26,197 nucleotides of DNA. Source: Xanthobacteraceae bacterium (GTDB lineage: Bacteria > Pseudomonadota > Alphaproteobacteria > Rhizobiales > Xanthobacteraceae). The stretch covers positions 1 to 26,197 of the forward strand of contig DASPZC010000205.1 in NCBI GenBank assembly GCA_035636455.1, read 5' to 3'. The notes under the pieces were generated by a model. That model had not been told where the DNA came from. It saw only the letters and a list, made by a program, of their open reading frames with translations, and made no database searches. Positions 7,825-16,193 of this stretch are shown one piece after another. A program made the position numbers and the translations under genes. How positions within the stretch are numbered: position 1 is the first letter of the stretch; each line of letters starts with the position of its first letter.

Positions 7825-9911
7825 TGGCGACGACCTTTCGCGCCGGCGTCGACATCGGCGGCACCTTCACCGACATCGTGCTGGTCGGCTCCGACGGCCG
7901 CATCCATACCAAGAAGGTGTCGTCGAGCGTCGAGAACTACGCGGCGGCGATCGTCGACGGGCTGGAGGAGCTGTTTGCCGAGACCGGCATCGCGGGCGCC
8001 GCCATCGAGGAGATCCGCCACGGCACCACGGTCGCCTCCAACGCCATCCTCGAGCGCAAGGGCGCGCGCGTCGGGCTCATCACCACCAAGGGCTTCCGCG
8101 ACGTGCTGGAGATCCGCACGTTGCGCATGCCGCGCCTCTACGACATCGGCTGGACCAAGCCGGAGCCGCTGGTCGAGCGCTATCTGCGCAAGGTGGTGGA
8201 CGAGCGCATCGACCATAGGGGCGAGATCGAGCGCGCGCTCGATCCGGCCGACGCGGAGCGCGCCGTCGATGCGCTGATCGCCGAACGGGTCGAGGCGATC
8301 GCGGTCTGCCTCATCAACTCGTTCGCCAACCCGGCGCACGAGCTGATGATCAAGGACATCGTCGCGCGCCATGCGCCCGGGCTCGCGCTCAGCATCTCCT
8401 GCGAGGTGCTGCCGGAGATCAAGGAATACGAGCGCACCTCGACGACGGTGATCAACGCCTATGTGACGCCGATCGTCGCGACCTATCTGCGTGCCATGCG
8501 CAGCCGGCTCGACGCAGCCGGCATTGCGGCGCCGCTCCTGCTCATGCAGTCGAACGGCGGGCTCACCACCGGCGCGGCGGCGACGGCGCGGCCGATCCAC
8601 ATCATCGAATCCGGGCCGGCGGGCGGCGTGGTGGGCGCGCAGGCGCTGGCGCGCGCGAAGCAGTTTTCCAGCATCATCACCTTCGACATGGGCGGCACCA
8701 CCGCCAAGGCGGCGATCGTCGAGCACGGCGAAGTCACGCGCTCGCACGAATATGCGGTCGGCGCCGGCATCGTCATCGGCTCGCGCCTGCTCACCGGAGC
8801 GGGCTACACCCTCAAAGTGCCGGCGATCGATCTCGCCGAGGTCGGCGCCGGCGGCGGCTCGCACGTGTGGATCGACGCGGGCGGCGCGCTGCAGGTCGGC
8901 CCGCACAGCGCGGGCGCCGAGCCCGGCCCGGTCTGCTACGACAAGGGCGGCGACGTGCCGACCTTGACCGATGCCAACGTGCTGCTCGGTTACATCAACC
9001 CGCAGGCGCTGGTCGGCGGCGCGCTGCGGCTCGACGCCGACAAGGCGCGCGTCGCCTTCGCCAAGAAGGTGGCAAAGCCGCTCGGCATGACCATCGAACG
9101 GGCTGCCTACGGCGCGTTCGAGATCGCCGCCTCGAACATGATCCGCGCCATCAAGGCGGTGTCGACCGAGCGCGGCCGCGACCCGCGCGACTTTGCGCTG
9201 TTCGCCTTCGGCGGCAACGGGCCGCTGTTCGCCGCCGCCATGGCGTCGGCGCTCGGCATCACCCGGGTGGTGGTGCCGCCGTCGGCGGGATTGTTCTCGT
9301 CGTTCGGGCTGCTCTACGCCGACCTCGAGCATCATTACTCGCGCACGCTGCGCCGCCTCTTGCGCGGCACCGACCTCGCCGAAATCGGCGCTGCCTGGGA
9401 CGCGCTTGCGCGCGAGGCGCAGGGACAGCTCGCGGCCGAGGGATTTGCGGGCACCCGTGCGCGCATAAAACGGGCGGCGGCGCTGCACTACAGGGGACAG
9501 ACGTTCGAATTGGTGGTGCCGGTGCCGGACGGCCGGATCGACGACAAGATGGTCGCGGCGCTCGAGACGGCATTCGCCGAGGAGCACGAGCGCACCTATG
9601 GCCACCGCGCCGGGCCGGACGAGCCGGTCGAGCTGGTGTCGATCCAGGTGGTGGGCCGGGGCCTGCGCGAGCGCGGCATGCCGGAGCACATCAGGTCCGA
9701 TCGGCCCGAGCCTGCGCCCACGCCGCCGCGGCGCGCCTGGTTCGGCGCTCCGCACGGGTGGATCGACACGCCGGTGCTGCGCCGCTCCGACCTTGCCGGC
9801 GGCCGAACCGGGCCGCTGATCGTCGAGGAATACGACGCGACCTGCCTCGTCCCGCCCGCAGCGCGCGCCGACCTCGACGAGGTGGGCAATATCGTGATCG
9901 CGATCGGATAG
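7824..9911 (+). CDS. hyuA: Hydantoinase A / oxoprolinase family protein (ATP-binding subunit)
   Basis: Motifs GVDIGGTFTD, HGTTVASNA, EIKEYERTSTT, ESGPAGG, DMGGTT. TGATG stop/start overlap with the upstream gene suggests translational coupling. The symbol is family-level only. Confidence 0.9.
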   Translation: MATTFRAGVDIGGTFTDIVLVGSDGRIHTKKVSSSVENYAAAIVDGLEELFAETGIAGAAIEEIRHGTTVASNAILERKGARVGLITTKGFRDVLEIRTLRMPRLYDIGWTKPEPLVERYLRKVVDERIDHRGEIERALDPADAERAVDALIAERVEAIAVCLINSFANPAHELMIKDIVARHAPGLALSISCEVLPEIKEYERTSTTVINAYVTPIVATYLRAMRSRLDAAGIAAPLLLMQSNGGLTTGAAATARPIHIIESGPAGGVVGAQALARAKQFSSIITFDMGGTTAKAAIVEHGEVTRSHEYAVGAGIVIGSRLLTGAGYTLKVPAIDLAEVGAGGGSHVWIDAGGALQVGPHSAGAEPGPVCYDKGGDVPTLTDANVLLGYINPQALVGGALRLDADKARVAFAKKVAKPLGMTIERAAYGAFEIAASNMIRAIKAVSTERGRDPRDFALFAFGGNGPLFAAAMASALGITRVVVPPSAGLFSSFGLLYADLEHHYSRTLRRLLRGTDLAEIGAAWDALAREAQGQLAAEGFAGTRARIKRAAALHYRGQTFELVVPVPDGRIDDKMVAALETAFAEEHERTYGHRAGPDEPVELVSIQVVGRGLRERGMPEHIRSDRPEPAPTPPRRAWFGAPHGWIDTPVLRRSDLAGGRTGPLIVEEYDATCLVPPAARADLDEVGNIVIAIG

Positions 9912-9913
9912 GG

Positions 9914-10076
9914 CGTGCCCCGGGCGCAGCGCAGCACGGAGGGGTCCCCGTTGCACGAAGTGCAACGGGGCGGCCCGAAGTGGTGCGCTGCAGACCCGGG
10001 GTCCAGCAATTCATGCGCAAGCTGGGTCCCGGATCAGCGGTGCACCGCTGCGCGCTGCACCGCATCCGGGACACGA
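9914..10076. repeat. Palindromic intergenic element, family A copy 2, with an extra internal hairpin; lies between convergent genes
   Basis: Same double-hairpin layout as 5812-5942, plus CCCCGTTGCAC-GAA-GTGCAACGGGG at 9946-9970. Confidence 0.85.
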
Positions 10077-10080
10077 GCGC

Positions 10081-11367
10081 TCAATTCCCGGCGAGCCTGG
10101 GCAGGAACAGCGCCACCTGCGGCCAGATGGAGAGGATCACGATCATCGCCAGCATGGCGATGACGAACGGCGACGTGCCGATGATCACGTCGTCGATCTT
10201 GCCGCGCTTGCGCAGGCCCTGCACCACGTAGAGGTTGATGCCCACCGGCGGCGTGATCATCGCCAGCTCCATCAAGATGATGATGATGATGCCGAACCAC
10301 ACCGGATCGAAGCCCGCCTTGAACATGATCGGCGCGATGATCGGCACGGTCGCCACCATCATCGACAACGTTTCCATGAAGCAGCCGAGGATGAAATAGA
10401 AGATCACCACCGCGATCAGCAGCTCGAGCGGGGTGAGCGAAAGGCCGGTGATGAAGCGGTTGACCTGGCCGGTCAGGCCGATCGAGGTGATGACGAAGTT
10501 GAGGAAATAGGCGGCAAGCAGGATCGCCATGATCATGGCGGTGGTGCGCATGGTGCCTTCGAAGGCGTGCAGCAGCGTGAGCATGGTCAGGCGCCGGTTC
10601 CACGCGGCGATGCCGATGGCGGCGATCACGCCGAGCGCGGCGGATTCGGTCGCGGTCGCCCAGCCGGCGTAGATCGAGCCGATCACCGCGAGGAAGATGA
10701 CGAGCGGCGGGAGCAGATCGGGCAGCGCCTGGATGCGCTGCGGCCAGGTCGCCGGCGTCGGCTTGCCGCCGAGCTCCGGCCGCGCGATGCAGAAAACCAG
10801 CACGGTGAGGCTGAACAGGCTGGCGAGGATGATCCCCGGGATGAATCCGGCAAGATAGAGCTTTGGGATCGAGGTCTCGGTGAGCACGCCGTAGACGATC
10901 ATGTTGATCGAGGGCGGAATGAGAATGCCGAGCGTGCCGCCGGCCGCGATGGTGCCGAGGAACAGGCGCTCGGAATAGCCGCGCTTCTCTACCTCGCCGA
11001 GCGCGACCGTGCCGATGGTCGCCGCCGTCGCCACGCTCGAGCCGGAGGTCGCCGCGAACATCGCGCAGGCGGCGATGTTGGAATGCATCAGCCCGCCGGG
11101 AAGCCACGGCATCCACAGCACCAGCGCGTTGTACATGCGTTCGGCCATGCCGGAGCGCAGCAGGATCTCGCCCAGCAGCACGAAGAACGGGATGGCGACG
11201 ATGATGAAATTGTTGGAGGTGCCCCAGGCGATCTCGCCCATGGCGAGCGAGAGCGGCAGCTTCGAGTAGATGGCGGAGAGCGCGAGGCCGAGAATGCCCA
11301 TGCCGGCCGCGACCGGCACCGACAGCGCCAGGAGGCCCACCAGCAGCGCGAGCGTAATGCCGAGCAT
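10081..11367 (-). CDS. dctM: TRAP transporter large permease
   Basis: Highly hydrophobic, 428 aa; motifs VAIPFFVLLGEIL, FAATSGSSVATAATIG, GTLGILIPPSI, MITPPVGINLYV. Confidence 0.93.
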   Translation of the reverse strand: MLGITLALLVGLLALSVPVAAGMGILGLALSAIYSKLPLSLAMGEIAWGTSNNFIIVAIPFFVLLGEILLRSGMAERMYNALVLWMPWLPGGLMHSNIAACAMFAATSGSSVATAATIGTVALGEVEKRGYSERLFLGTIAAGGTLGILIPPSINMIVYGVLTETSIPKLYLAGFIPGIILASLFSLTVLVFCIARPELGGKPTPATWPQRIQALPDLLPPLVIFLAVIGSIYAGWATATESAALGVIAAIGIAAWNRRLTMLTLLHAFEGTMRTTAMIMAILLAAYFLNFVITSIGLTGQVNRFITGLSLTPLELLIAVVIFYFILGCFMETLSMMVATVPIIAPIMFKAGFDPVWFGIIIIILMELAMITPPVGINLYVVQGLRKRGKIDDVIIGTSPFVIAMLAMIVILSIWPQVALFLPRLAGN

Positions 11368-11368
11368 G

Positions 11369-11962
11369 TCAGCCGCCCGGCCCGGTCTGCCGCGCCTTGA
11401 GGTCGCGGATCTCGTCCTCGACCTCCTCCTCGGCGGAACGCGTGCCGATCGCCCGCGCCATGCCTTGGGTGTCGCCGCGCACGGCCAGGGCCAGCGCGTG
11501 CACGAACAGGAGCACGCCCGTGACGACGAACCCGAGCAGGCCGACGATCCACAGGAGCTGCGGGAGCACCACCGGCGTCTCCAGCGAAGACTGGCTGCGC
11601 GAGCCGGAAATCCACGACTGCTCGACGACGCCGAACCCGTGCCACGCCATCAGCCCGAAAAACGCGACGAAGAGGATGAGCGCCGCGAGGTCGAGCGCGA
11701 GCCGCAGCTTCCGGGGAAACAGCACGTAGAGCGAATCGATGCGGATATGCGCCCGGTCGACCAGGGCGGCGCCGAGCCCCCAGGCGGTGCCGATGGCGAG
11801 CGAATAGCCGGCCAGCTCGTCCGCGCCGCCGATCGAGCGGGCGAGGAATTTGCGCATCAGCACGTCGATGCCGATGAGGACCGCGGCGAGGAGGATAAGC
11901 GCGCCGCCGAACCACAGGCCCCAGTGGGTCCAGCGGCGGACGTAAGTCATCACAATTTCCAT
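11369..11962 (-). CDS. dctQ: TRAP transporter small permease
   Basis: Four hydrophobic segments, the DELAGY and AHIRID motifs, and position between dctP and dctM. Start is 11962 (MEIVMTY) or 11950; the ORF-track start at 12037 lies in a repeat. Confidence 0.88.
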   Translation of the reverse strand: MEIVMTYVRRWTHWGLWFGGALILLAAVLIGIDVLMRKFLARSIGGADELAGYSLAIGTAWGLGAALVDRAHIRIDSLYVLFPRKLRLALDLAALILFVAFFGLMAWHGFGVVEQSWISGSRSQSSLETPVVLPQLLWIVGLLGFVVTGVLLFVHALALAVRGDTQGMARAIGTRSAEEEVEDEIRDLKARQTGPGG

Positions 11963-11973
11963 CGAAACACGCA

Positions 11974-12080
11974 CCCTCATTCTGAGGAGCGAGCGAAGTG
12001 CGTCTTGAAGGATGGAAGCATGCGCCTCCATTTTCATCCTTCGAGGCTCGCGGCTTCGCCGCTCGCGCCTCAGGATGACG
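11974..12080. repeat. Palindromic intergenic element, family B copy 1, between dctP and dctQ
   Basis: CCTCATTCTGAGGAGC...GTCTTGAAGGATG...CATCCTTCGAGGC...CCTCAGGATGA; similar to 14627-14738. Confidence 0.85.
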
Positions 12081-12088
12081 TCGGCGTA

Positions 12089-13138
12089 TTACGACGTCGG
12101 CGCCTTGAGGCCGAGCGCCTTGCCGACGGTGTCGTTCCATTCCTTCACGCACTCGGCGCCGCAGCGCTTCGCCCAGCCGGCGAGCACCGCGCCCTCGACC
12201 AGCTTCTTGTGCGTCTCCGCCTCCTCCGGCTTGACCGGCACGATGATCGATTTCGCCAGCTTGCCCATGCTGCAGGGCTGCTTGTTGGTGTTGCAGTTCT
12301 CCGCCTCGGCCGTGGTGGTCTTGATCGTCGCCCACATCTTGTCCTCGTAGGGCCTGGCCTGTTGGAGCATGAACGCCTGCACCTTGGGATCGAGCCGGTT
12401 CCAGGTGTTGAGGTTGACCGCGAGCACGTTGATGCTCCAGCCGAGCGACATCGGGTAGATCGACTTCGTCACCTCGTTCCACGACGCGGTATTGCCCGAC
12501 AGGCTGCCGGTGACGGCGCAATCGACCACGCCGTTGTTGAGCGCCGGCACCACCTCGGCGAACGCCATGCTCACCGCCGTCGCGCCGACGCCGCTGAGAA
12601 AGTCGCGCATGGTGTTGTTGAACACGCGCACCTTCTTGCCGCGGAAGCCGTCGAGCCCGCCGATCACGTCGCGGCACCAGAACACCTGGGGCGTGTTGCC
12701 GCCGAACGCGAGGAGCTTGGCGTTCCAGTTCTTCTGCATCTGCCGGTCGATCACGTCGCGATAGGCGTTGCAGGCCGCGCGCGCCTTGTCCGGATCGAGA
12801 GTGAGCCCGGCGAGATCGCAGCCCTCGAAGCGCGGGTCGTCGCCGGCCATCTTCGAAATGTCCATGCCGGCGAAATCCATCACGCCGAGCTTGAGCAGCC
12901 GCAGCATGGTCTTGTCGTCGATGCCCATCTGGTCGAGCGGCGTCACGTCGGCGGTGACCGCGCCCTTCGACGCCTCCGGGACGGTTTTTCGCCAGAACGG
13001 CAGCTCGTCGACGATCGAGGCCGGGGTCGGGCTGTTGAGCCCGATCACCTTGAACTGGGTCTTCGGCAGATCCTGCGCGGCAGCGCCGAACATCGTCGCC
13101 GCGACCAGCGCAAATGCGAACAGCAAACGGTGCAGCAT
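12089..13138 (-). CDS. dctP: TRAP transporter solute-binding protein
   Basis: ATG 13138 with a GGGGAGGG RBS; signal peptide MLHRLLFAFALVAATMFGAAAQ; GKKVRV (retains the Arg typical of carboxylate-binding DctP), FAEVVPALNNGVVD. Confidence 0.9.
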   Translation of the reverse strand: MLHRLLFAFALVAATMFGAAAQDLPKTQFKVIGLNSPTPASIVDELPFWRKTVPEASKGAVTADVTPLDQMGIDDKTMLRLLKLGVMDFAGMDISKMAGDDPRFEGCDLAGLTLDPDKARAACNAYRDVIDRQMQKNWNAKLLAFGGNTPQVFWCRDVIGGLDGFRGKKVRVFNNTMRDFLSGVGATAVSMAFAEVVPALNNGVVDCAVTGSLSGNTASWNEVTKSIYPMSLGWSINVLAVNLNTWNRLDPKVQAFMLQQARPYEDKMWATIKTTTAEAENCNTNKQPCSMGKLAKSIIVPVKPEEAETHKKLVEGAVLAGWAKRCGAECVKEWNDTVGKALGLKAPTS

Positions 13139-13223
13139 GCGGCCCTCCCCTGATGGCGCGAACCGCCGGCGGCGCGCGCGTGGCGCAAGTCTGTCACCAA
13201 TGGCGCGGCGCTGGCAATCGCCT

Positions 13224-13276
13224 GTAGGATGGGTTGAGCCGTGCATCGCGCGGCGAGACCCATCAACCCATCCTAC
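13224..13276. repeat. GTAG-type REP-like element, family C copy 1
   Basis: Perfect 14-bp terminal inverted repeat GTAGGATGGGTTGA (13224-13237) / TCAACCCATCCTAC (13263-13276); overlaps the GNAT stop codon. Confidence 0.85.
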
Positions 13277-14388
13277 GGCGCGAGAATTTTCCCCATGCGC
13301 ACGCGGTCGACGGCGCGGCCGTCGATCACGGCATAGCGCGGGGAGAAGACCTCCTGGCGGAATCCCCGCGCCGTCGCAAAGCGCAACGCCCGTGTGTTGT
13401 GGGCCGAGAGCGCCGTCGTGAGCCGGCGGATGTTTTGCTCGCGCGCCCAACCTTCGATCCGCGCGGCGAGATCTTGGCCCAGGCCAAGACCCCAATGCGC
13501 GCGCAGCACGTGGACGACCGCGAAGGCGTTATGATGCATGCGCGTCGGCACCTCGCACGTGGCGCTGGCGTAGCCGACGATGCGCTCGCCCTGCGCGCCG
13601 GCGATCACGGCTGCGAGGAGAAGGCACGTCGGCTGGTCGACCTGCTCGGCGAACTCCTTCCTGGCGGCCTCGTCGTCGCGCACCTCGTGCGGCTGCTTGA
13701 GCAGGAACGGCGTTTCGCCGAGCAGTTCCTGCTCGAACCGGCGCACCAGCGCCGCGTCCTCGAGGCGCACCCGGCTGACGAGCGGCGCGCGTTCGCGTGG
13801 GCTCTGCCCGTTCGCGGGAAGCTCAAGCGGTGCCCAAGGCGGCTGCGCGAACCGGCGCAGCTCCTTCGCCATCCACAGGTGATTGCGCCAAGCGCCGTCC
13901 ATGCTGGCGGCATCGACGATGCGGCCTTCGACCGCAAAGCCGCGCTTGCGGTAGAGCGCGAGGCCGCGCGCATTCTCCTCGTCGACGCGCAACTCGAGCC
14001 GCCACGCGCCCTGCCCGCGCGCCCACGCCTCGATCGCCGCGAACAAGGCCGCGCCGACGCCGCGCCCACGCCACGCGCGGCGGATGCCCACATGGGCGAT
14101 GTAGATCACTCCGCGGGCCCGATCGATCATCCCCGCGAACGCGCCGAGAAATCCGATGATCTCCCCGTCATGCGCGGCGAGCACGTAGGCGCCGGTGCCG
14201 TTCTCCCCCATGGTCTTGAGGCGTTCGGCAAATCCGTCCGCCCAGCGCTGGCGGAATTCGCCCGGCACGCCGAGGAACTCGGTCTCCTCGTCGATCCGGG
14301 CGATCGTGTCGGTCAGCGCCAGCGCGTCCTCGGGGGCCGCGTGCCGGATGATGAACGGCTCGCGTTTGGTCTCAAGCATGGCTCGCAT
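13273..14388 (-). CDS. Tandem two-domain GNAT family N-acetyltransferase
   Basis: GGAG RBS; two GNAT acetyl-CoA motif-A segments (HVGIRRAWRGRGVGAAL and VHVLRAHWGLGLGQDL), each followed by N-x-x-A-x-x-x-(Y/A)-x-x-x-GF (ENARGLALYRKRGF; HNTRALRFATARGF). Confidence 0.88.
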   Translation of the reverse strand: MRAMLETKREPFIIRHAAPEDALALTDTIARIDEETEFLGVPGEFRQRWADGFAERLKTMGENGTGAYVLAAHDGEIIGFLGAFAGMIDRARGVIYIAHVGIRRAWRGRGVGAALFAAIEAWARGQGAWRLELRVDEENARGLALYRKRGFAVEGRIVDAASMDGAWRNHLWMAKELRRFAQPPWAPLELPANGQSPRERAPLVSRVRLEDAALVRRFEQELLGETPFLLKQPHEVRDDEAARKEFAEQVDQPTCLLLAAVIAGAQGERIVGYASATCEVPTRMHHNAFAVVHVLRAHWGLGLGQDLAARIEGWAREQNIRRLTTALSAHNTRALRFATARGFRQEVFSPRYAVIDGRAVDRVRMGKILAP

Positions 14389-14400
14389 CCTGCTCCATTG

Positions 14401-14435
14401 ACAAACAAAAACCCCGCCGGGTGAGTGGCAGGGTT
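14401..14435 (-). terminator. Intrinsic terminator immediately upstream of the GNAT RBS (candidate attenuator)
   Basis: Minus strand AACCCTGCC-ACTCACCC-GGCGGGGTT followed by TTTGTTTGT; 8-9 bp stem with one G-U pair; ends about 4 nt before the GGAG RBS. Confidence 0.7.
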
Positions 14436-14461
14436 GGCCTTTGCGTCTGTGCTGGTTGCGA

Positions 14462-14542
14462 CTAGCGCATGCGCAATGGTCCCGGCCCCGCGGATGTGCC
14501 GCGATCAGCTGTGGAAACGGACATGGTGCAGGCCGGAATCAT
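14462..14542 (-). other. Candidate leader peptide uORF, MIPACTMSVSTADRGTSAGPGPLRMR (26 aa)
   Basis: The ATG lies 8 nt downstream of the predicted -10 (possibly leaderless); the stop lies 26 nt before the terminator hairpin. Translation is unproven. Confidence 0.35.
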
Positions 14543-14549
14543 GGGCGCG

Positions 14550-14578
14550 CTGATAACGCAGCGGGGCGATACGGTCAA
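14550..14578 (-). promoter_or_regulatory. Sigma70-like promoter TTGACC-N17-TATCAG facing the GNAT gene
   Basis: -35 at 14578-14573 and -10 at 14555-14550 with an exact 17-nt spacer; a non-T at -7 is common in Alphaproteobacterial promoters. Confidence 0.5.
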
Positions 14579-14592
14579 GCAAATGTGGACTA

Positions 14593-14610
14593 GCGAATGG
14601 CGAATGGCGA
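14593..14610. repeat. Short tandem heptamer GCGAATG x2.5 next to repeat B2
   Basis: GCGAATG GCGAATG GCGA, read directly. Confidence 0.6.
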
Positions 14611-14626
14611 GCAACCAAAACTCGGT

Positions 14627-14738
14627 CCTCATCCTGAAGGAGCCCGAGCGTAGCGAGGGCGTCTCGAAGGATGGCAGCAGGCGAGTCTGCGGCCATGGTT
14701 CGAGACGCCGCGCTACGCGCGGCTCCTCACCATGAGGG
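14627..14738. repeat. Palindromic intergenic element, family B copy 2
   Basis: CCTCATCCTGAAGGAGC...GTCTCGAAGGATG...TTCGAGACG...CTCCTCACCATGAGG; similar to 11974-12080. Confidence 0.85.
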
Positions 14739-14759
14739 CGGTGATCCATTCGCAAGTCG

Positions 14760-15445
14760 CTACCACCGCAGATACCGCAGCAGCCGCGGCAGGTTGATGA
14801 GATCGATCAGGGCGCCGGCGACATAGGTGTAGGCGGCGGCGCTGAGGATGTGGCGGGCGGCAGCGAATTCCTCTTCCGGAATCAGACGTCCCTGCTTGAG
14901 CACCCCGAGGGCGCGGTTGAAGCTGGCGTCGAACTCGACCGGCAGCGTGACCGCGTGCATGACGACGGCGGTCAGGTTCGTGAGGATCGCCGCCACGAGG
15001 CCGATGACGATGCCGCCCGGGTGGCGCATCAGCGCGGCGATCGCCGGCGCCGCGACGATGCAGAGCGCGCCCGCCTTGTGGACATAGTCGGCGAGGCCGG
15101 CGATCCGGGTTCGCGTCTTGAGCGGGGCGTAACCGGTGGCATCCTGCATCGCGTGGCCGACCTCGTGGGCGGCGATCACGATCGCGGTGAGCGAGCGGCC
15201 GTAGAAATGCTCGGTGGTGAGGCGGACCGCCTTGGCAAGGGGATGATAATGGTCGCCGCGTTCGGTTTCCTCGACCTTGACCTTGTCGAGCTTCATGCCG
15301 TCGAGCAAGAAGCGGGCGAACTCGCCGCCGGTCCACGGAATCTCCGCGCGCTGCCGGCATGGCGGCGCATCACCGTCGAAATCCACAGCTGCGGCGCCAC
15401 GATGAGCGCGAGGATGATGAGGGCCGCGGGGATCGCTAGGGTCAT
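14760..15445 (-). pseudogene. YugP-like neutral zinc metallopeptidase, frameshifted near 15354 (real mutation or sequencing error)
   Basis: The N-terminus MTLAIPAALIILALIVAPQLWISTVMRRHA from ATG 15445 is in a different frame from QRAEIPWTGGEFAR...AAHEVGHAMQD (HExxH)...TLPVEFDAS...AAAYTYVA. One extra base would join them. Confidence 0.75.
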
Positions 15446-15476
15446 TGAGGCTGTCGCATTGCCCCGAGCGCGCGCA

Positions 15477-16193
15477 TCAGTCGACCAGTTTCATCCTGCG
15501 CAGCGTATCCGGCAGGCTCTGGTCGATCAACTCGACAACGGCGCCCTTGAGCCGCTGATTGGACGCAGCATCGAGCGATGCCGGCCACCACGTCGCGTCG
15601 ACCTTGCGATAAGGCGAGCCCATGATGTCCATGAACTGATGTTGTCCCGGTATGATCGAGATGGCCCCGCTCTTGATGTTGAACGCGCGGCCATCGACAA
15701 GCGAGATGCCGTAATACGCGTGCAGGTGAACGTACTGGGTGAAGAGACTGCCGCTCTTCACCATGCCGAGCCCTTGAAGTATTTGGTTCGTCCGACTGTA
15801 TTGACGCTCGCTCTTCAGGATGACGACGTAGGCGTCGAGCCCTTGCGGGGAAACCTCGGTGCGGACGAGCTCCGGGCGAAAGTACTGGGCAAGGATGCCG
15901 GTGCGGTCGGGGAACGATGCGAAGGCAGCGCGCCTGTACGTCACCGGTCGGACGTCGAAGCGCGGCGCCAAGGCGGCGCGGACCTTGGCGGTGATCAGTT
16001 CGTCGATGCCCCAGGAATCCGTCGCAATCTCCTGGGACTCATTGCCGAAGACCGTGAGCCCGACCGTGCGGAGGTAGAACTTGTCGCCGATCCCCGAGAC
16101 TATGCCAACGGTCCTGACGCCCTCGACGTTGGGGACCACGCCGACGCACGCACTCACGGCCAGCAGAAGAAACAGAAGGACAGCTCGTCTCAT
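15477..16193 (-). CDS. Hypothetical lipoprotein
   Basis: MRRAVLLFLLLAVSAC: positively charged N-terminus, hydrophobic core and lipobox with Cys16; 238-aa globular-looking remainder; no family recognised. Confidence 0.75.
   Translation of the reverse strand: MRRAVLLFLLLAVSACVGVVPNVEGVRTVGIVSGIGDKFYLRTVGLTVFGNESQEIATDSWGIDELITAKVRAALAPRFDVRPVTYRRAAFASFPDRTGILAQYFRPELVRTEVSPQGLDAYVVILKSERQYSRTNQILQGLGMVKSGSLFTQYVHLHAYYGISLVDGRAFNIKSGAISIIPGQHQFMDIMGSPYRKVDATWWPASLDAASNQRLKGAVVELIDQSLPDTLRRMKLVD

Noticed and set aside
13184-13200. Sigma54-like promoter TTGGTGACAGACTTGCG (minus strand) upstream of dctP
   Set aside because: The GG-N10-GC spacing is right, but the CAC after TGG and the final W are mismatched, and no enhancer-binding protein gene is nearby; too weak to call.
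14505-14545. His-rich stretch (HDSGLHHVRFHS-stop) as a histidine attenuator leader
   Set aside because: That frame has no start codon downstream of the predicted promoter; its only ATG is inside repeat B2.
14400-14545. Known riboswitch (SAM-II/SAM-alpha, T-box, cobalamin, TPP, glycine) in the GNAT leader
   Set aside because: I could not match any of their conserved motifs by eye; an Rfam scan would be decisive.
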